The notes under the pieces were generated by a model. It did not search any database and was not told the origin of the DNA. It saw only the letters and a list, made by a program, of their open reading frames with translations. A stretch of DNA of 64,000 nucleotides from the human T2T-CHM13v2.0 reference genome, Homo sapiens, in assembly GCF_009914755.1 (NCBI RefSeq), contig NC_060947.1. One strand, given 5' to 3'. Position numbers and translations under genes: made by a program. This document shows, one piece after another, positions 1 through 16,416 of this stretch (position 1 is the first letter of the stretch; each line of letters opens with the position of its first letter).

Positions 1-2510
1 CAAAAAAAGAAAATTTCAGGCCAATATCCCTGATGAACATTGAAGTTAAATCCTCAATAAAATACTGGCAAACTGAATACAGCAGCACATCAAAAAGCTT
101 ATCTACCACAATCAAGTCAGCTTCATCCCTGGGATGCAAGGCTGGTTTAACATACCCAAATAAATAAACATAATCCATCACATAAACAGAACCAATGACA
201 AAAACCATGTGATTTTCTCAATAGATGCAGAAAAGGCCTTTGATAAAATTGAACATCTCTTCATGCTAAAAGCTCTCCATAAACTAGGTATTGATGGAAC
301 ATATCTCAAAATAATAAAACCTATTTATGAAAAACCCATAACCAATATCATACTGAATGAGCAAAAGCAACAAGCATTCCCTTTGAAAACTGGCACAAGA
401 CAAGGATGCCCTTTCTCACCACTCCTATTTAACATAATATTGGAAGTTCTGCCCAGGGCAATCAGGCAAGAGAAAGAAATAAAGGGTATTCAAATAGTAA
501 GAGAGGAAGTTAAATTATCTGTTTGCAGATGACATGATTGTATATTTAAAAACTCCATTGTCTAAGCCCAAAAACTCCTTAAGCTGATAAGCAACTTCAG
601 CAATGTCTCAGGATATAAAAATCAATGTGGAAAAATAACAAGCATTCCTACATACCAACAATAGACAAGCAGACAGCCAAATCATGAGTGAACTCCCATT
701 TACAATTGCTACAAAAAGAATAAAATTCCTAGGAATACAACTTACAAGGGATGTGAAGGTCCCCTTAAAGCAGAACTACATGCCACTGCTCAAGGAAATA
801 AGAGACAACACAAACAAATGGAAAAACATTCCATGCTCATGGATAGGAAGAATCAACATCATGAAAATGCCATACTGCACAAAGGAATTTATAGATTCAA
901 GGCTATTCCTATCAAGCTACCATTGACTTTCTTTGCACAATGTGAAAAAGCTACATTAAATTTCATATGGAACCAAAAAGAAGCCCATATAGCCAAGAGA
1001 ATACTAAGCAAAAAGAACAAAGCTGGAGACATCACGCTACCTGACTTCAAACTATACTACAAGTCTGCAGTAACCAAAACAGCATGGTACTGGTACCAAA
1101 ACAGATATATAGATTAATTGAACAGAACAGAGACCTCAGAAATAACATCACACATCTACAACAATCTGATCCTCAACAAAACTGACAAAAACAAGTAATG
1201 GGGAAAGGATTCCCTATTAAATAATGGTGCTGAAATAACTGGCTAGCCATATGCAGAAAATAGAAACTGGACACCTTCCTTACACCTTATACAAAAATTA
1301 AGATGGATTAAAGACTTAAATATAAAATCCAAAACCATGAAAATCCTGGAAGAAAACCTAGGCAATACCATTCAGGACACATGCATGGGCAAAGACTTCA
1401 TGACTAAAACCCCAAAACCAATTTCAACAAAACCCAAAACTGACAAATGGAATCTAATTAAAGAGCTTCTGCATAGCAAAAGAAACTATCATCAGAGTTA
1501 ACAGGCACCCTACAGAATGGGAGAACATTTTTGCAATCTAACCATCTGACAAAGGTCTAATATCCAGAATTTACAAGGAACTTACACAAATTTACAAGAA
1601 AAAAAAACAACACCATCAAAAAGTGGGTGCAGGGTATGAACAGACACTTCTCAAAAGAAGACATTCATGTGGCCAACAAACATATGAAGAAAAGCTCAAC
1701 ATCACTGTTCATTAAAGAAAGGCAAATCAAAACCACAATGAGATACCATCTCACTCCAGTTATAATGGTGATTATTAAAAAGTCAGGAAACGACAGATGC
1801 TGGTGAGGCTGTGGAGAAACAGAAACACTTTTACACTGTTGGTCAGAGTGTAAATCAGTTCAATCATTGTGGAAGACAGTGTGGCAATTCCTCAAGGACC
1901 TAGAACCAGAAATACCATTTGACTCAGCAATCCCATTAATGGGTATATACCCAAAGGATTATAAATCATTCTATTACACAGATACATGCATACGTTTGTT
2001 TATTGCAGCACTATTTACAATAGCAAAGGCTTGGAACCAACCCAAATGCCCTTCAATGATAGACCAAATAAAGAAAATGTGGCACATATACACCATGGAA
2101 CACTATGCAGCCATAAAAAAGAATGAGTTCATGTCCTTTTCAGGGACATGGGTGAAGCTGGAACCCATCATTCTCAGCAAACTAACACAAGAACAGAAAA
2201 TCAAATACCATGTGTTCTCATAAGTGGGAGTTGAACAATGAGAATGCATGGACACAGGGAGGAGAACATCACACATCAGGGCTGGTCAGGGGGTGGGGGC
2301 CAAGTGGAGGGAAAGCATTAGGACAAATACCTAATACATGTGAGGCTTAAAACCTAGAAGACAGATTGATAGGTGCAGTAAACCACCATGGCACATGTAT
2401 CCCTATGTAACAAACCTGCACATTATGCCCGCGTATCCTAGAACTTAAAATAAAATAAATAATAAATAAGAAAAATAATTTAAAAAAGAAATTCAAACTA
2501 TCAAAAAAAA
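1..2510 (+). mobile_element. L1 (older primate L1PA, approx. PA8-PA11) ORF2 3' half, 3'UTR and A-rich tail; degraded
   Basis: ORF fragments match L1 ORF2 RT/C-terminus ([27 protein letters not shown]); the 3'UTR ends ...aaacctgcaca...tagaacttaaaataaaataaa; many stops and frameshifts. Confidence 0.93.
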
Positions 2511-2677
2511 GAAAATAGAGTGATATATTTAAATTATTGAAGGACAAAAAAAGTTAATACAAAATTCTACATAATGTAAAAAAAATCATTCAAAAGTGGA
2601 AAGAAATTCTTTCTTAGACAAACAAAACTGAGGGAATTCATTGCCAACAGATCCACCCTACAAAAATACTAAAGGCT

Positions 2678-3998
2678 GCACACTGACAACATCTATCTTT
2701 GACAAAGTTGACAATAACAAGTACTAGAGAAAGAACTTTCTATTCAATAAATGATGCTGGGATAACTGGCTAGCCATATGCAGAAGATTGAATCTGGACT
2801 CCTTACCTTCACCGTATACAAAAATCAACTCAAAATAGATTAAAGACCTAAAAATAAGTCATAAACCTCAGAAGGAAATCTAGAAAATACCATTCTGGAT
2901 ACAGGCCTTGGCAAAGATTTCATAATGACATTTCGAAAAGCAATTGCAACAAAACAAAAAATAGACAAGTGAGACCTAAATAAACTGAAGAACTTCTGCA
3001 CAGCAAATGAAACTTTCAACAGAGTAGACAGACAACCTACAGAATGGGAGAAATATTTGCAAACTATACATCTAACAAAGGTCTAATATCCACCATCTAT
3101 AAGGAACTTAAACAAATTTACAAGCAAAGAAACCCCAACTCCATTTAAGAAATGTTCAAAGGGCATGAACAGATACTCCTCAAAATAAGACATACAAGTG
3201 GCCAACAAGCATATGAAACAAGGCTCAACATCACTAATCATCAGAGTAATGCAAATCAAAACCACAATGAGATACTATCTCACACCAGTCAGAATGGCTA
3301 TTATTAAAAATTAAGAAAATAACAGATCTTAGTGAGGTCGCAAAGAAAAGGAAATGCTTATCCAATGCTGGTGGGTATGTAAATTAGTCTAGCCACTGTG
3401 GAAAGTGGTTTGGAGATTTCTCAAAGAACATAAAACAGAACTGCCACTTGACTCAGCAATGGCATTATTGGGTATATTCCCAAAGGAATATAAATAATTA
3501 TACCAAAGAGACACATGCACCCATATGTTCACTGAAGCACTATTTACAACAGCAAAGACATAGAATCAACCTAGATGTCCATAAATGGTGGAATCAATAA
3601 AGAAAATGTGGTACATATACACTACAGAATACTATGCAGCCACAAAACCCCTTGAAATCATGGCCTTTGCAGCAACGTGGATGTAGCTAGAGGCCATTAT
3701 CCAAAGTGAATTAGTGCACAAACCGAAAACCAAATAGAGCATATTCTCACTTATAAGAGGGAGCTAAACATTGAGTATGCATGGACGCAAAGATGGGAAC
3801 AATGTACACTGGGGCCTACTTGAGTGGGGAGGCTGGGAAGAGAGCAGTAGTCAAAAAACTACCTATACTGTACTATGCTCACTACCTGGGTGACAAAATC
3901 ATTTATACACCAAACTCTAGTGGCTCCCAATTTACCCATGTAACAAAGCTGCACGTGTATCCTCAAACCTAAAATAAAAGTTGAAAAAGAAAAAAAAA
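2678..3998 (+). mobile_element. 5'-truncated L1 (approx. L1PA15/16-type) ORF2 end, 3'UTR and poly(A)
   Basis: L1 ORF2 C-terminal sequence followed by ...ccatgtaacaaagctgcacgtgtatcctcaaacctaaaataaaagttgaaaaagaaaaaaaaa. Confidence 0.85.
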
Positions 3999-6328
3999 GC
4001 AATAAAGCTATTGTAAATATATTCAAAGAACTAATAAAAACCATGTTTAAAAATTAAAGGTATGACAAAGGGAATCACTAAATACAGGACAATAAAAAAA
4101 GAAATTATTACAAAAATTGAAATTCTAAAGTTGAAAATGACAGTAACTAAGGTGCTTAACAGCTGATTTGAGTAGGCAAAGCAAGAACCAGCCAAATTTT
4201 ATATAGATCAATAAAAGTTCTCTAATCTGAATAATAGAAAAAGGAATTTAAAAAATGAACAGAGCCTTCAAGACCTGATTAAGTGTGCCATCATACATTT
4301 AATGGGAGTCTCAGGAGAAGATAGAGAGAAATTGAGTAGGAAAAAAAATAATTGAACAAATAATGGTTGAAAATTTCCCATGAACTCCAAGTAAGATAAG
4401 CACAAAGAGGTTCACATCTAGACATATGTTACACTGTTCAAAGGCAAAGTAAAAACCTTGAAAGCAACAAGAGGAAAACTACTCAATATGTACAAGGCAA
4501 CCACAATATAATCCAAAATTGACCTGTCATCAGAAGTAATTGAGGCCAGGAGGGAATGGAATGACATACCCAAAGCACTAGAAAAAAAAGTCAGCCAAAT
4601 ATCCTATATCCAGCAAATCTATTCTTCAAAAAAATGTAGGCAATATAAATACATGTACAATAAGCAAAGAAAGAGAATTTGTTGCTAGAAGACTTACAAG
4701 AAATACCAAAGAAAATTCTTCAGGAAGAAAGGAAATGACATTAGATAGTAATTCAAATTTACATTTAAACAGCAACAACAACAACAAAGATCACCTGTAG
4801 AGGTAATTATAGTGATAAGTATAAAAGATGGTATAAGTATATATTTTTTCTTTATCTCTCTCATGTGATTCAAAAGAAAATTACATAAAATAACGATTAT
4901 AATATTTTATTGTTGGACTGATAACATATAAAGATATATATAACAACAATAAAACAAAAGAATAATGAGGGAATGAAGCTTATTGGAGTAAAAAAAAAAA
5001 AAAAAAAAAGACTCCCAAAGCCAACTTGTATCTACAGGTAGAAAGAGTAGTAAAAATTGTTAATACTTAGATTAATAGATAGGACTCATAAAGTGTTTTC
5101 TTCTTAATGTCTTTGAAAGATATTAAATTTGTGTAAAGCAAAAATTAAAAGTATATTATTTAATTAAACACAAATTTATACATAATACATGACAATAATA
5201 GCACAAAAAATGGTATGAGGCAATGGAATTATATTGGCACAAAGTTTTTACATTTTACTGAAATTGAGTTGGCATCAATATGAAATAGACTGTGATATGG
5301 TAAAATGCATATCTTAATCCCTAGAGGAACCATGAAGAAAACACCACCAAAGATAGTTTAAAAATACACAAATAAATTAAAATGGTGCATTAGGAAGATA
5401 GTAAATCCAAAAGAACAAAGTAAAGGAGCAATAAACAAAAAAACACGAGACGTATTGAAAACAAAAAGCAGGCAGAAATCGAACCATATCAATATTAATA
5501 TTAAATTTGATGGATTAAAGCCTCCAATAAAAATTCAGCAAATGTGAGACTCAATTTAAAAATAAAAGATCCAATGGTATGCTGCCTACAGGAGATACAT
5601 TTTAGGTTCAAAGATACAAATAATGTTAAAGAAAAGGATGGGAAACTGATGAAAACAGTAACAATAACAAAGCTGGAGTATGTATACTAAAATAAAAATA
5701 TGAGCTTTAAGACCAACTGTATTACTAGATATAAAGAAATGTATTTTATAATAATTAAATGATCAATTCATTGGAAAATATAAATATATCTTCACCTAGC
5801 AAGAGCACCCAATACTACATGAAGTAAAAACTAACAAAATTGAAGAAAGAAATGGAAGATTCAACAATAATAGCTGGAGACTTCAATGCCCCAATCTCAG
5901 TAATGGACAAAAAAATAGAGACAGAAATTCTACAAGGATATAAAAGATTTGCATAGCAATATAAAGTAGACATAAATGATATTTTCAGAATACTCCAACC
6001 AATAGCAGCAGAATATATATTCTTCCCAAATGCATGTAAAACCTTCTAAAAATTAAACAATATGATAGGTCATAAGAAAGTCTCAATAAATTTTAAGGGG
6101 TCCATATTATATAACTTTTATGCTCTGAAGCCATACTGGAATTAACTTAGAAATTTTGGCAATCTTCAAATATCTGGAAGTTAAACAAATTTATAATAAC
6201 CTATAGGGCAAAGAAAAATCATCAGAGAAATTAGCAAAAATTTCGAGCTGGGTATAAAGAAAAATGCAACATGGAAAAATGTATCAGAGATAGCTAAATC
6301 AGTCCCTAGAAGGAAATAAATGAGTACA

Positions 6329-6687
6329 TATATTTGTCCATTTTCACATTGCTATAAAGACATACCCAAGACTGAGTAATTTATAAAGGAAAGAGGTTTA
6401 ATTGACTCAGTTCCACATGGCTGGCAAGGCCTTGGGAAACTTACAATCATGGTGGAAGAGGAAGCAGACATGTCTTACATGGTAGCAGGTGAGAGAATAA
6501 GAAAAAGGGGGAAGAGCCCCTCATAAAACCATCAGATCTCCTGAGAACTCACTCACTATCAGAAGAACAGCATGGGTGAAACGACCCCGATGATCCAATC
6601 ACCTCTCACCAGGTGATCCTCCCTCAACACCAGGGGATTACAATTTGAGATGAGATTTGGGTGGGAACACAGAGCCAAACCATATCA
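6329..6687 (-). mobile_element. THE1-type MaLR solo LTR
   Basis: Ends tatatttgtccatttt...agagccaaaccatatca match the reverse complement of THE1 termini; 5-bp TSD gtaca/gtata. Confidence 0.88.
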
Positions 6688-6826
6688 GTATATATATATA
6701 TATATACATAAAATATATGAAAGATCTCAAATCAATAACCTCAGTTTCAGCCTTAATAAACTAGAAAAAGAAGAGCAAACTTAACCCAAAGCAAGCAGAA
6801 GAAAGAAAAGAATAAAGACTACTCTA

Positions 6827-7247
6827 TGTAGTAGTCCATTTTGCATTGCTATATAGGGAATACCTGAGACTGGGTAATTTATATAGAAAAGAGTTTTATT
6901 TGGCTTACACTTCTCCAGATTGTACATGCATAACACCAGCATCTGCTTGGTTTCTGGTGAGGCTATGGGAAGCTTTTACTAATGATGGAAGGTAAAGGCG
7001 CAGCAAGCATTTCACATGGTGAGAGAGGGAGCAAGAGTGAGAGCAAGAGGTGCCAGGCCCTTTTAAACAACCAGCTCTTGCATGAATAGATACAGCAAGA
7101 ACTCACTCATTACTGTGGGGAGAGCAGCACGTCATTAATGAGGGATCTACCCTCATGACACAAACACCTCCTGCCAAGCCTCACCTCCAAAATTGAGGAT
7201 TATATTTCAGCATGAGATTTGAAGGGGACAAACAACAAAACTATACA
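6827..7247 (-). mobile_element. MST-type MaLR solo LTR
   Basis: tgtagtagtccattttgcattgctata...catgagatttgaaggggacaaac...ctataca; MST-like body. Confidence 0.82.
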
Positions 7248-7327
7248 CTGGACAAATCAAAGGAATCGGTAACAAAAATAATACAGAAAATCAGTGAAAC
7301 CAACAGTTGATTTTGTGAAAAGATACA

Positions 7328-8216
7328 CGTTAATGGGAAAACCAAACCCTGTAAAATATTTTAAGAAGGTTTATTTAGAGCTAATATGAATGACCAAGAC
7401 CTGGGGAACAGATTCAAGCGGTGCCTGAGGTGATCAGGTTACAGTTTGGTTTTATAGATTTTAGGGAGACAGGAATTTTATGTAAGATCATAAATTAATC
7501 CATGGAAGGTGTACATTAGTACAGCCTAAAGAGGGAGGATATCTTGAAGTGGAGGCTCAGGAGTCATGGGTGGTTTCAAAGATTTTCTGATTGACAATTG
7601 GTTGAAAGAGTTTAACTTTTTTAAAAAACTTGAAGTCAGTAGAAATAAATGCTTGAGTTAAGATAAGAAGGGTTATGGAGGCCAAAGCTCTTGTTATGTA
7701 GATGAAGTCTCCAGGTAGCACCCTTCAGAGAGAATAGATGGTAAATGTCTTTTTTCAGACCTTAATGGTGTCAGACTCTCATCTAATCTCTCCTAGATCT
7801 TGGAAAGATCTAGAAAGGAAGCCTCAGCTGCATTAATGGAGGTTCTGTACAGATGCAAATTTCCCTAACAAGAGATGGTTTTGCAGGACCATTTCAAAAT
7901 ACATCAAAGAAATATACTTTAGGGTCAAATATTTTTATTTTTTAAGGATATGCCGTCATGTGATGTTACATCAGAATCAGGTTGGAATTTGGTAACTTAT
8001 TGCCACAAAGAGTGTTTTGTCAGTCTTATGATCTCTAGTTCAATGTTAATGCTGGTCAGTAGTGCCTAATCTTCAAAATGATGGGGTGTAATGAGGCATG
8101 TCTGACCTCCCTTTCTGTCATTGTTGGTCAGTTTTTCAGGTTTCTCTGGGGTCCCCTGGCCAAAAGGTGGTCTGTTCATTGGGTTGGGGGACTTAGGATT
8201 TTATTCTTGGTTTATA
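7328..8216 (-). mobile_element. MER4-family (MER4D-like) ERV1 solo LTR
   Basis: The reverse complement of the right end reads tataaaccaagaataaaatcctaagtcccccc...ggggaccccagagaaacc, the MER4 5' terminus. Confidence 0.78.
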
Positions 8217-9031
8217 TGAATGAAATAGAAAAATCTATGGCTAGGCAGTACAAGTAAAAAAAAAGAGAACACAAAATTACTAAATTTATAATGAACAAGG
8301 GGACATAACTACCTACTAACCTTACAGAATTTTTAAAAAAATTACAAGAAAAACTATAAAACATTTTAGGCCAACTAATTAGACAATTTATATGAAATAA
8401 ATTCCTAGAAAGACAAAAATACTGAAACTGACTTAAGAAGAAATAGAAAATCTCAATAGAACTATTACAAGTAAAAAGAATAAATTAGTAATAAAAAAAA
8501 TACCCCACAATGAAAAGCCCAGGCCTGCTGAATTCTATCAAACGTTTAAAGAAGAAAAATAACAATACTTCACAGTTTCTCCCAGGAAATAGAGAAAACA
8601 GGGAAAGTCCTCAGTCTGATAACACAGCCAAACCAACATCACAAGGAAAAAAAATATATAGACCAATTAGAATTTATCCCAGAATTTTGCAAAACAATGT
8701 GCAACTTCAACATTGTGAGGTTGATGACATTCTCAAATTGATCTACAGATTCAAAGCAATTCCTATCAAAATTCCAGCTGGTTTTTTAAAAAGAAACTGA
8801 TGACATGACCCTAAAATTTACATGAAAATGCAAAGACTCAGGATAGCCAAAATAATATTGAAAAAGAGTAAATTTGATGGACTTAAATGTTCTAATTAAA
8901 ACCTTCCTATAAAGCTACAATATTCAAGATGATTTGGTGCTGGCATGAAGATAGACGTAGAGAAAAATTGACTAGAATTAAGAGTCCCAAAATAAACCCA
9001 AACATTAATGGTCAGTTTTCAACAAAGATAT

Positions 9032-9668
9032 TGAAGCAGCCTCATCGAATGGGGTGACATCTGACGTTCTTGGTCTCATGGCCACAGAGATCAAGGATGC
9101 AGACACACACAAAGGGTGAGGTTTAGAGCAGAATTTTAATGGGCGAAAGAAATTTGTCCACCACAGAAAGGGTTCCCAGAAAAATGGATTGCCAACGTGC
9201 AGTGAAATGCAAGGGTTTTTATAGATGAGCTAGTTGGGAGGCAGTATCTGATCGACATAGGACCTGAAAAACCGTTTAGGACCATATGTGCCATCTGCAT
9301 AGGGTGCAAATCTCTGGCAGCCCTAACCCCAATCTTTTACTATGCAGGTGGGTCCTCTGCCTGAGCTACTCCATGTTGCTTATTTCTTTCTTACTGTGCA
9401 CATGCTAACAAAAAAGGGAAGGTGGAGACCCCATGGTGGACATGCCTGGCCCCAGGTAGCCCTTTCTATAATATAGGTACAGCTGCTGGCATCCCCTGTG
9501 CAAGCTTCCAGCTTCCTTATCTATGTTTGCAGCACGATCTTCCAGGCTTCCCTTTGTCAGAAAAGAAATGATTTCTCGGGCTGCTTTTTGTTGGAAAAGA
9601 AGTTCTGCTGAGGACACTCTTTTGCCCTTGCTATTTGCCTAAATAATTTCTTTTTATCTCCTGTATCA
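9032..9668 (-). mobile_element. MER50-like ERV1 solo LTR
   Basis: TG...CA termini; the reverse complement starts tgatacaggagataaaaagaaattatttaggc; 4-bp TSD ATAT at 9028-9031 and 9669-9672. Confidence 0.8.
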
Positions 9669-9838
9669 ATATCAAGGCAATTCAATGAAAACAGGACAGT
9701 CTTCAGTAAATGGTGCTAGAATAATTTCATAACCACAATGCAAAAATATAAATTTAGACCCTTACTTAATACCATACACAAAAAATTAATTCAGAATGAA
9801 TCACAGACCTGAATATTAGAGTTAAAACAAGAAAACTC

Positions 9839-10234
<396 letters not shown>

Positions 10235-10439
10235 TTAAAAATTGATGAATTGATCAAAATTTAAAACTTTTCCATTCTAAAGATATCATTAACCATGAGA
10301 AAAGGCAAGCCAAAGACTGGGACAAAATACTTGTACATCATATATGTAATAAAGGACTTCTATCTAGGATGCATAAAGAACATTTATAAATCCATAAGAA
10401 GACAAATAGCCCAATTTTTTAAAGGGCAAAGAAGCTGTG

Positions 10440-11830
10440 CACAATTTTTTTATAGCAGTTTATTCATAACATCTGAAGCCTGAAAACAACACATGCCTTT
10501 TAGTGGGTGAATAGCTAAACAAATTGTGGTAAATCTATACTGTGGAATATTACACAGCAATAAAAATAACCACTGATACACACAATAACTTGGATGATTC
10601 TCAGTGTAAGTATGCTGAGTGAAAAAAATCTAAGCCCCCAAAATTACATATAGTATAACACAATTTACATAATGTAAGGAGGAGGGTAAGAAGTATTATG
10701 AAAATATAACAGGAGGGATCCTTATGGTGATGTAATTGTTCTGTATCGACTGTAGTGATGGTCATAAGAACCTATACCTCTGATAAAATTGCACAGAGCT
10801 AAATGGACACACACACAGACACAAATGAGTACATCTATGATGGAAAATCTGAATAAAACAGATGGATTGTATCAATGTCAATTTTGCGGTTGTTAAATCT
10901 GCATAACAATAGTTATGCAAGATGTTGCTATTGGGGGATACTAAGTAAAGTGTAAACAGGATCTCTCTGTATTATTTTTTACACCTACATATGAATCTAC
11001 AAGTATTTCAAAAAGAGCTTTATTTTAAAATGGGGCTAAAGATTTGGGTAGACATTTCATCACAGAAGCTATACAAACAGACAACAGGTACATGAAAAGA
11101 TGTTCATCGCTAGTCATTAGGGAAATGCAAAGTAAAACCATGATGCACACCCATAAGAATAGTTATAATAAAAAAGACAATAACAAGTGTTGGAGAGGAT
11201 GTGAAAAAAGTGAAGCTCTCCTGCATTGCTTGTGGGAATGTAAATTGATGAAGTCTCTTTGGAAAAATAGCTTGGCAGTTTCTTAATAAGTTCAACATCA
11301 TCTTAGCATATGACTCAGGAATTCCACTCATAGGTTATCTATCCAAGAGAAATTAAAACCTATGTTCAAACAGAAGCATGTGTGTAAATGTTCGTAGCGG
11401 CATTTTCATAACATTCAAAATGTGGCAGCAACCCATATGTCATCAACTGGTAAGTGGATAAACAAAATGCAATTTATCCCAACAATGGAATGTTATTCAT
11501 CAATTAAAAGGAATAAAGTACTGATACATGAAACAACATTGATGAACCACAAAAACATTATATGCTACGTGAAAGAAGCTAGACACAAAGAGCACACAGT
11601 GTATGATCCCATTTATTTAAATGTCCATTAAACAAATCTGTAGAAAAGAAGGTAGATTAATGCTTACCAAGTGTTGGGGATGAATGGGGAATGGCTGAAA
11701 AATGGGACAGAGATTTCTTTTGGGGATGATGTAAATGTTTTAGTTTGTAGTGACAGTTGCACAACTGTGACTAAAATCAATAAATTGAATGCTTTAATAA
11801 ATAAATAAAATAAAGCTGTCTTTAAAAGGT
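10440..11830 (+). mobile_element. Two adjacent old L1M 3' ends
   Basis: Degenerate ORF2 C-terminus (ORF 11044: KCWRGCEK...LWK) and L1M-type 3'UTRs ending in aataaa-rich tails. Confidence 0.7.
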
Positions 11831-12785
11831 TACAATTCTTTTCAGCTGTTTAAGGTTGAAACCCTCTCAGATGGTTAATGATCTCATGCCTCAGGTCTCT
11901 ATTAATTATATGGGAGAAATACCCCCATACCCCACTTAGCAAGTTAGGCATAATGTTACATGACCTGCTTTCTTCTCCATCTACTCCTCGATTTACTATT
12001 CTTAATACTAAGGTATCATTTAGAAACCATGGTGTTACTCGTGTTTACTGACAATAGATAAACAAAATGTATTTTTCTTCAGCTTGCTTAATTCCAAATT
12101 CTCCTATATTTAAGCAAAACAAATTACCTTTGGAATCACATATGACTTTTAATCACAACATATAAGCCAGAAAACAGATGGACAGATTTGACTACACTTG
12201 TGTGTTTAGCCAAGTATAGCACTTCCCTGAATGTTTGGTCTTTTTGACATCTGACTAAACATGAGGGGCCTCTTTCTATTTTAACAGATTTTCCCCATCC
12301 CTTTCCTTCCTTCTCATTCTTCAAGGCCATAATTTCTCCACTTTTACCATAGTTCCAATATCTTACTTGCACTCATTACAAAGTCCACCCCCTACTCCTT
12401 TCCCTTCCTGTACTTCAAATAGCCTTTCCTAGCCTAATCTTGAGTGTGAGGAGAAACTACCATTTAAGCAGTAGTCAGTGAAATACTTTTCCCTCTAGAC
12501 ACAGACTTAGTGGACCTTCGTGGATAAGATATTTGGAAAAATTTTAAATGTCATTTACAGTTTTTTTTTTTTGCCTCTTGAAAGAGAAGAACTGTTGCAA
12601 AGTATTAATTTTGATCTTAACTCTGACACATTTATTAACACCCCAAAAAAGCAAAGATATATATGTCTTGCCAGAAGGCTATACAAAATATTTTAAGGTT
12701 CTATCTTCTATAATTCCTGGCTAGTAGATACAGTTATCTAAACTACAAAAAGTTATAATTTGTTGCTTATTGATAATGTTATGAC

Positions 12786-13042
<257 letters not shown>

Positions 13043-13809
13043 TAAATAAACCAACTTTTGAATAAAAATGGGCTTTTCATTTTAATAACACATACTCCTT
13101 GATGATAATGGTTTGATTCATTTCTCTTACAGAACTAATTTCTTCCTACTTCACACACATTAAATGCTTTGTTTATACTGATAATGTCGTGCTCATCCTA
13201 AATTAAAGTTTGACTATGTCTGTTTCCCCAGAGACACACCATCTGATTGGGATGCAGCCGTAGAGTAGCAGAAAGAGCAGTGAAGCTGGTATTAGAATGC
13301 CTGGATTACAGTGTTTGTTCTGTTACTTAGCAGCTGTGTGACTTTACTGTCTTAATGATATGGATTTTTGTGCTGCTGCCAAGTATGAAACAGTTTGGCA
13401 CACTATTTAGATACGCAAAATATGTGATCCCCACAACATTTTAGTGAGTGTAAAGAAGATAGGATAGACCATTTAAAATGGAAAATTTTGAACAAAAGGT
13501 CACCATAGACTTGAATAAATTACTTAAACTTCTGAGACCCACTTTTGTCATGTAATAAAATAGATATAATGATACTTACCTCTCAGGATTAAGGGTTAAC
13601 TGAAATATTGTATGTGAGGGTCTAGCTCAGTGTCTGGAAAATGGATGATGTTAATTAAGGTTTCCTTAGGTTGGAATGCTCCTTTCACCCCCTCCATCCG
13701 CCCCCTCCCCCAAAAAACACTCCAAAATTCAAACATGCATATTCTGATTCATCTTTTAAGGAAGAGCCCAAGAGGCACCATTCTACAAAATCTTTCCAAA
13801 CAACTTCAG

Positions 13810-14060
13810 GCAGTACAGCCCTTTGGTTAAGAGTACTGGGCTTCTGGAATCAGAAGAGACCACCAAATTTAAAACCAGGTCTCCCATTTAGTAGCTCCCT
13901 GACACTGGACAAATTACTTATTTTCTCTGCACCTAGATTTCCCATCTGTAATATAAAATCATCATGATACATACCTCATAGGGTTGCAGAGGATTAAATG
14001 AGATATACATACAGAGCACTTAGCACAGTCCCTGAGTTAATAAGTCCTCCGTTAAGTATT
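13810..14060 (+). mobile_element. MIR SINE (a further MIR fragment lies at approx. 13500-13655)
   Basis: MIR core ...tttcccatctgtaa...acctcatagggttg...gattaaatgagat...gcacttagcacagt. Confidence 0.8.
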
Positions 14061-14340
14061 ACATAGGAGAAGTAGTAAAAAGTTTCCTCTTAAGTAAAAT
14101 GCTAATAAAAGTGCTTACCCTGCCTCCCAAGATTGTGGCAAAGTTATGACGCAAGGCTTTTAAACTGTAATGCTGAACAAACGTAAGGGATTGGTATATA
14201 CCTTGAGATATTTTGGACAAAGTTCTAACCTTACTTTTATACAATATGCTTTCTCTCACCCGCCTGCAGTTGGGTTAATAATGCCCAGCATTAATTAATA
14301 AGCAATAAAATCAGAAGATACCCCGAATACAAGTAGCTGA

Positions 14341-14943
<603 letters not shown>

Positions 14944-15479
14944 TAAGCGAGAGGGGGTCTTGGGACTTGAAATGCCTGAGATTTGGCAACAGAGGAATGA
15001 GAAGTGATCGAGGGGCCTGTGGAGTGGGGGAGGGTTGACTGATTGACTGAGGCGTACACTTAGGAAAGGACACCTGGTCTAAATGGGGAAACCATGGGTG
15101 GATACGTGTGAAGGAAGTGAGGAGAATGTAAATATGATGCACCAATGCCAGGTAAAGAGTGAGTATAGGAGAGGGAAGTTAGGGGTTTGGGAGCCAGAGC
15201 GATTGGAGTAGGGGTGAGTCTCCTTTCTTGTATGTATGCTGGCAAGTGAACAGTCTCTAAACTGCAGGATGTACCAGAGGGTTTTTTGCTGACAAGATTG
15301 ATACTTTGTGGGAAACAGCAATTGCTGTGACATGTGACAAGAACTAGGCTTGCATTCTTCAAAACAGAAACATGATATATTTTGTGAATAATAATAGAAT
15401 GTTCATTCACCCACGTATTCATCCATCCATTCTTCCTATCGAATCCTTCCTTATATATCACTCGATTAGAGGTTCAGGA

Positions 15480-15670
15480 TGAGAGGCAGCTATGGAAAGT
15501 AGAAAAAGAAATGGATTGAGTCAGGGCTCTTAGACGCTGGTCCCGGTTTTGCTTCTTACTGGCCCTGTGACCTTGGTCAGGTTGCTTTTTCTCATTTCTG
15601 CGCCTTGATTTCTTCATCTCTAAAATGAAGGGTTTGGAGTAGATGGTTTCTAAAGCTTTTCAGTTCTGAG
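15480..15670 (+). mobile_element. MIR3-like SINE
   Basis: ...ctgtgaccttggtcaggttg...tttcttcatctctaaaatgaagggtttggagtagatggtttctaaag. Confidence 0.65.
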
Positions 15671-16144
15671 ATAATTTACCTCCAAGGGATTTTGTATGCC
15701 CAAGTATGAAATATACAGGCATTAAATATATATGGAAATTAATACTTTGGGAGCTGAGCATAATTTCTTTAAAATTTATCCAGGGTGGTTTTTTAAAAAA
15801 TTGAAATCTTGAGGAAAAATTGAATATTTCAGAAAATAAAATGGGGAGGGACTTCATAACAGCTACAAGGCAAAAATGTTGATGATTCTCCGGGATTTAA
15901 AGAGTGCTTCCTCATTTTTATTTGCTTGGACCATAACTATTTGGAAGTTTGAGTACTGTGTCATGTTCATCCTCTGAACTATGCTATCTTTTACTGCATT
16001 TTCAAAATAGGTTGCCTTTTGTTGTTATGTCATGCTGCCTCTGGTTTTGATAATGGCTCACCTAGTCCCTTTGACTTTCAATTGAGTTCATGTTACATTA
16101 AATCATATATATGCTACCTCCCTTATATTAGCTTCAATTTTTAA

Positions 16145-16416
<272 letters not shown>

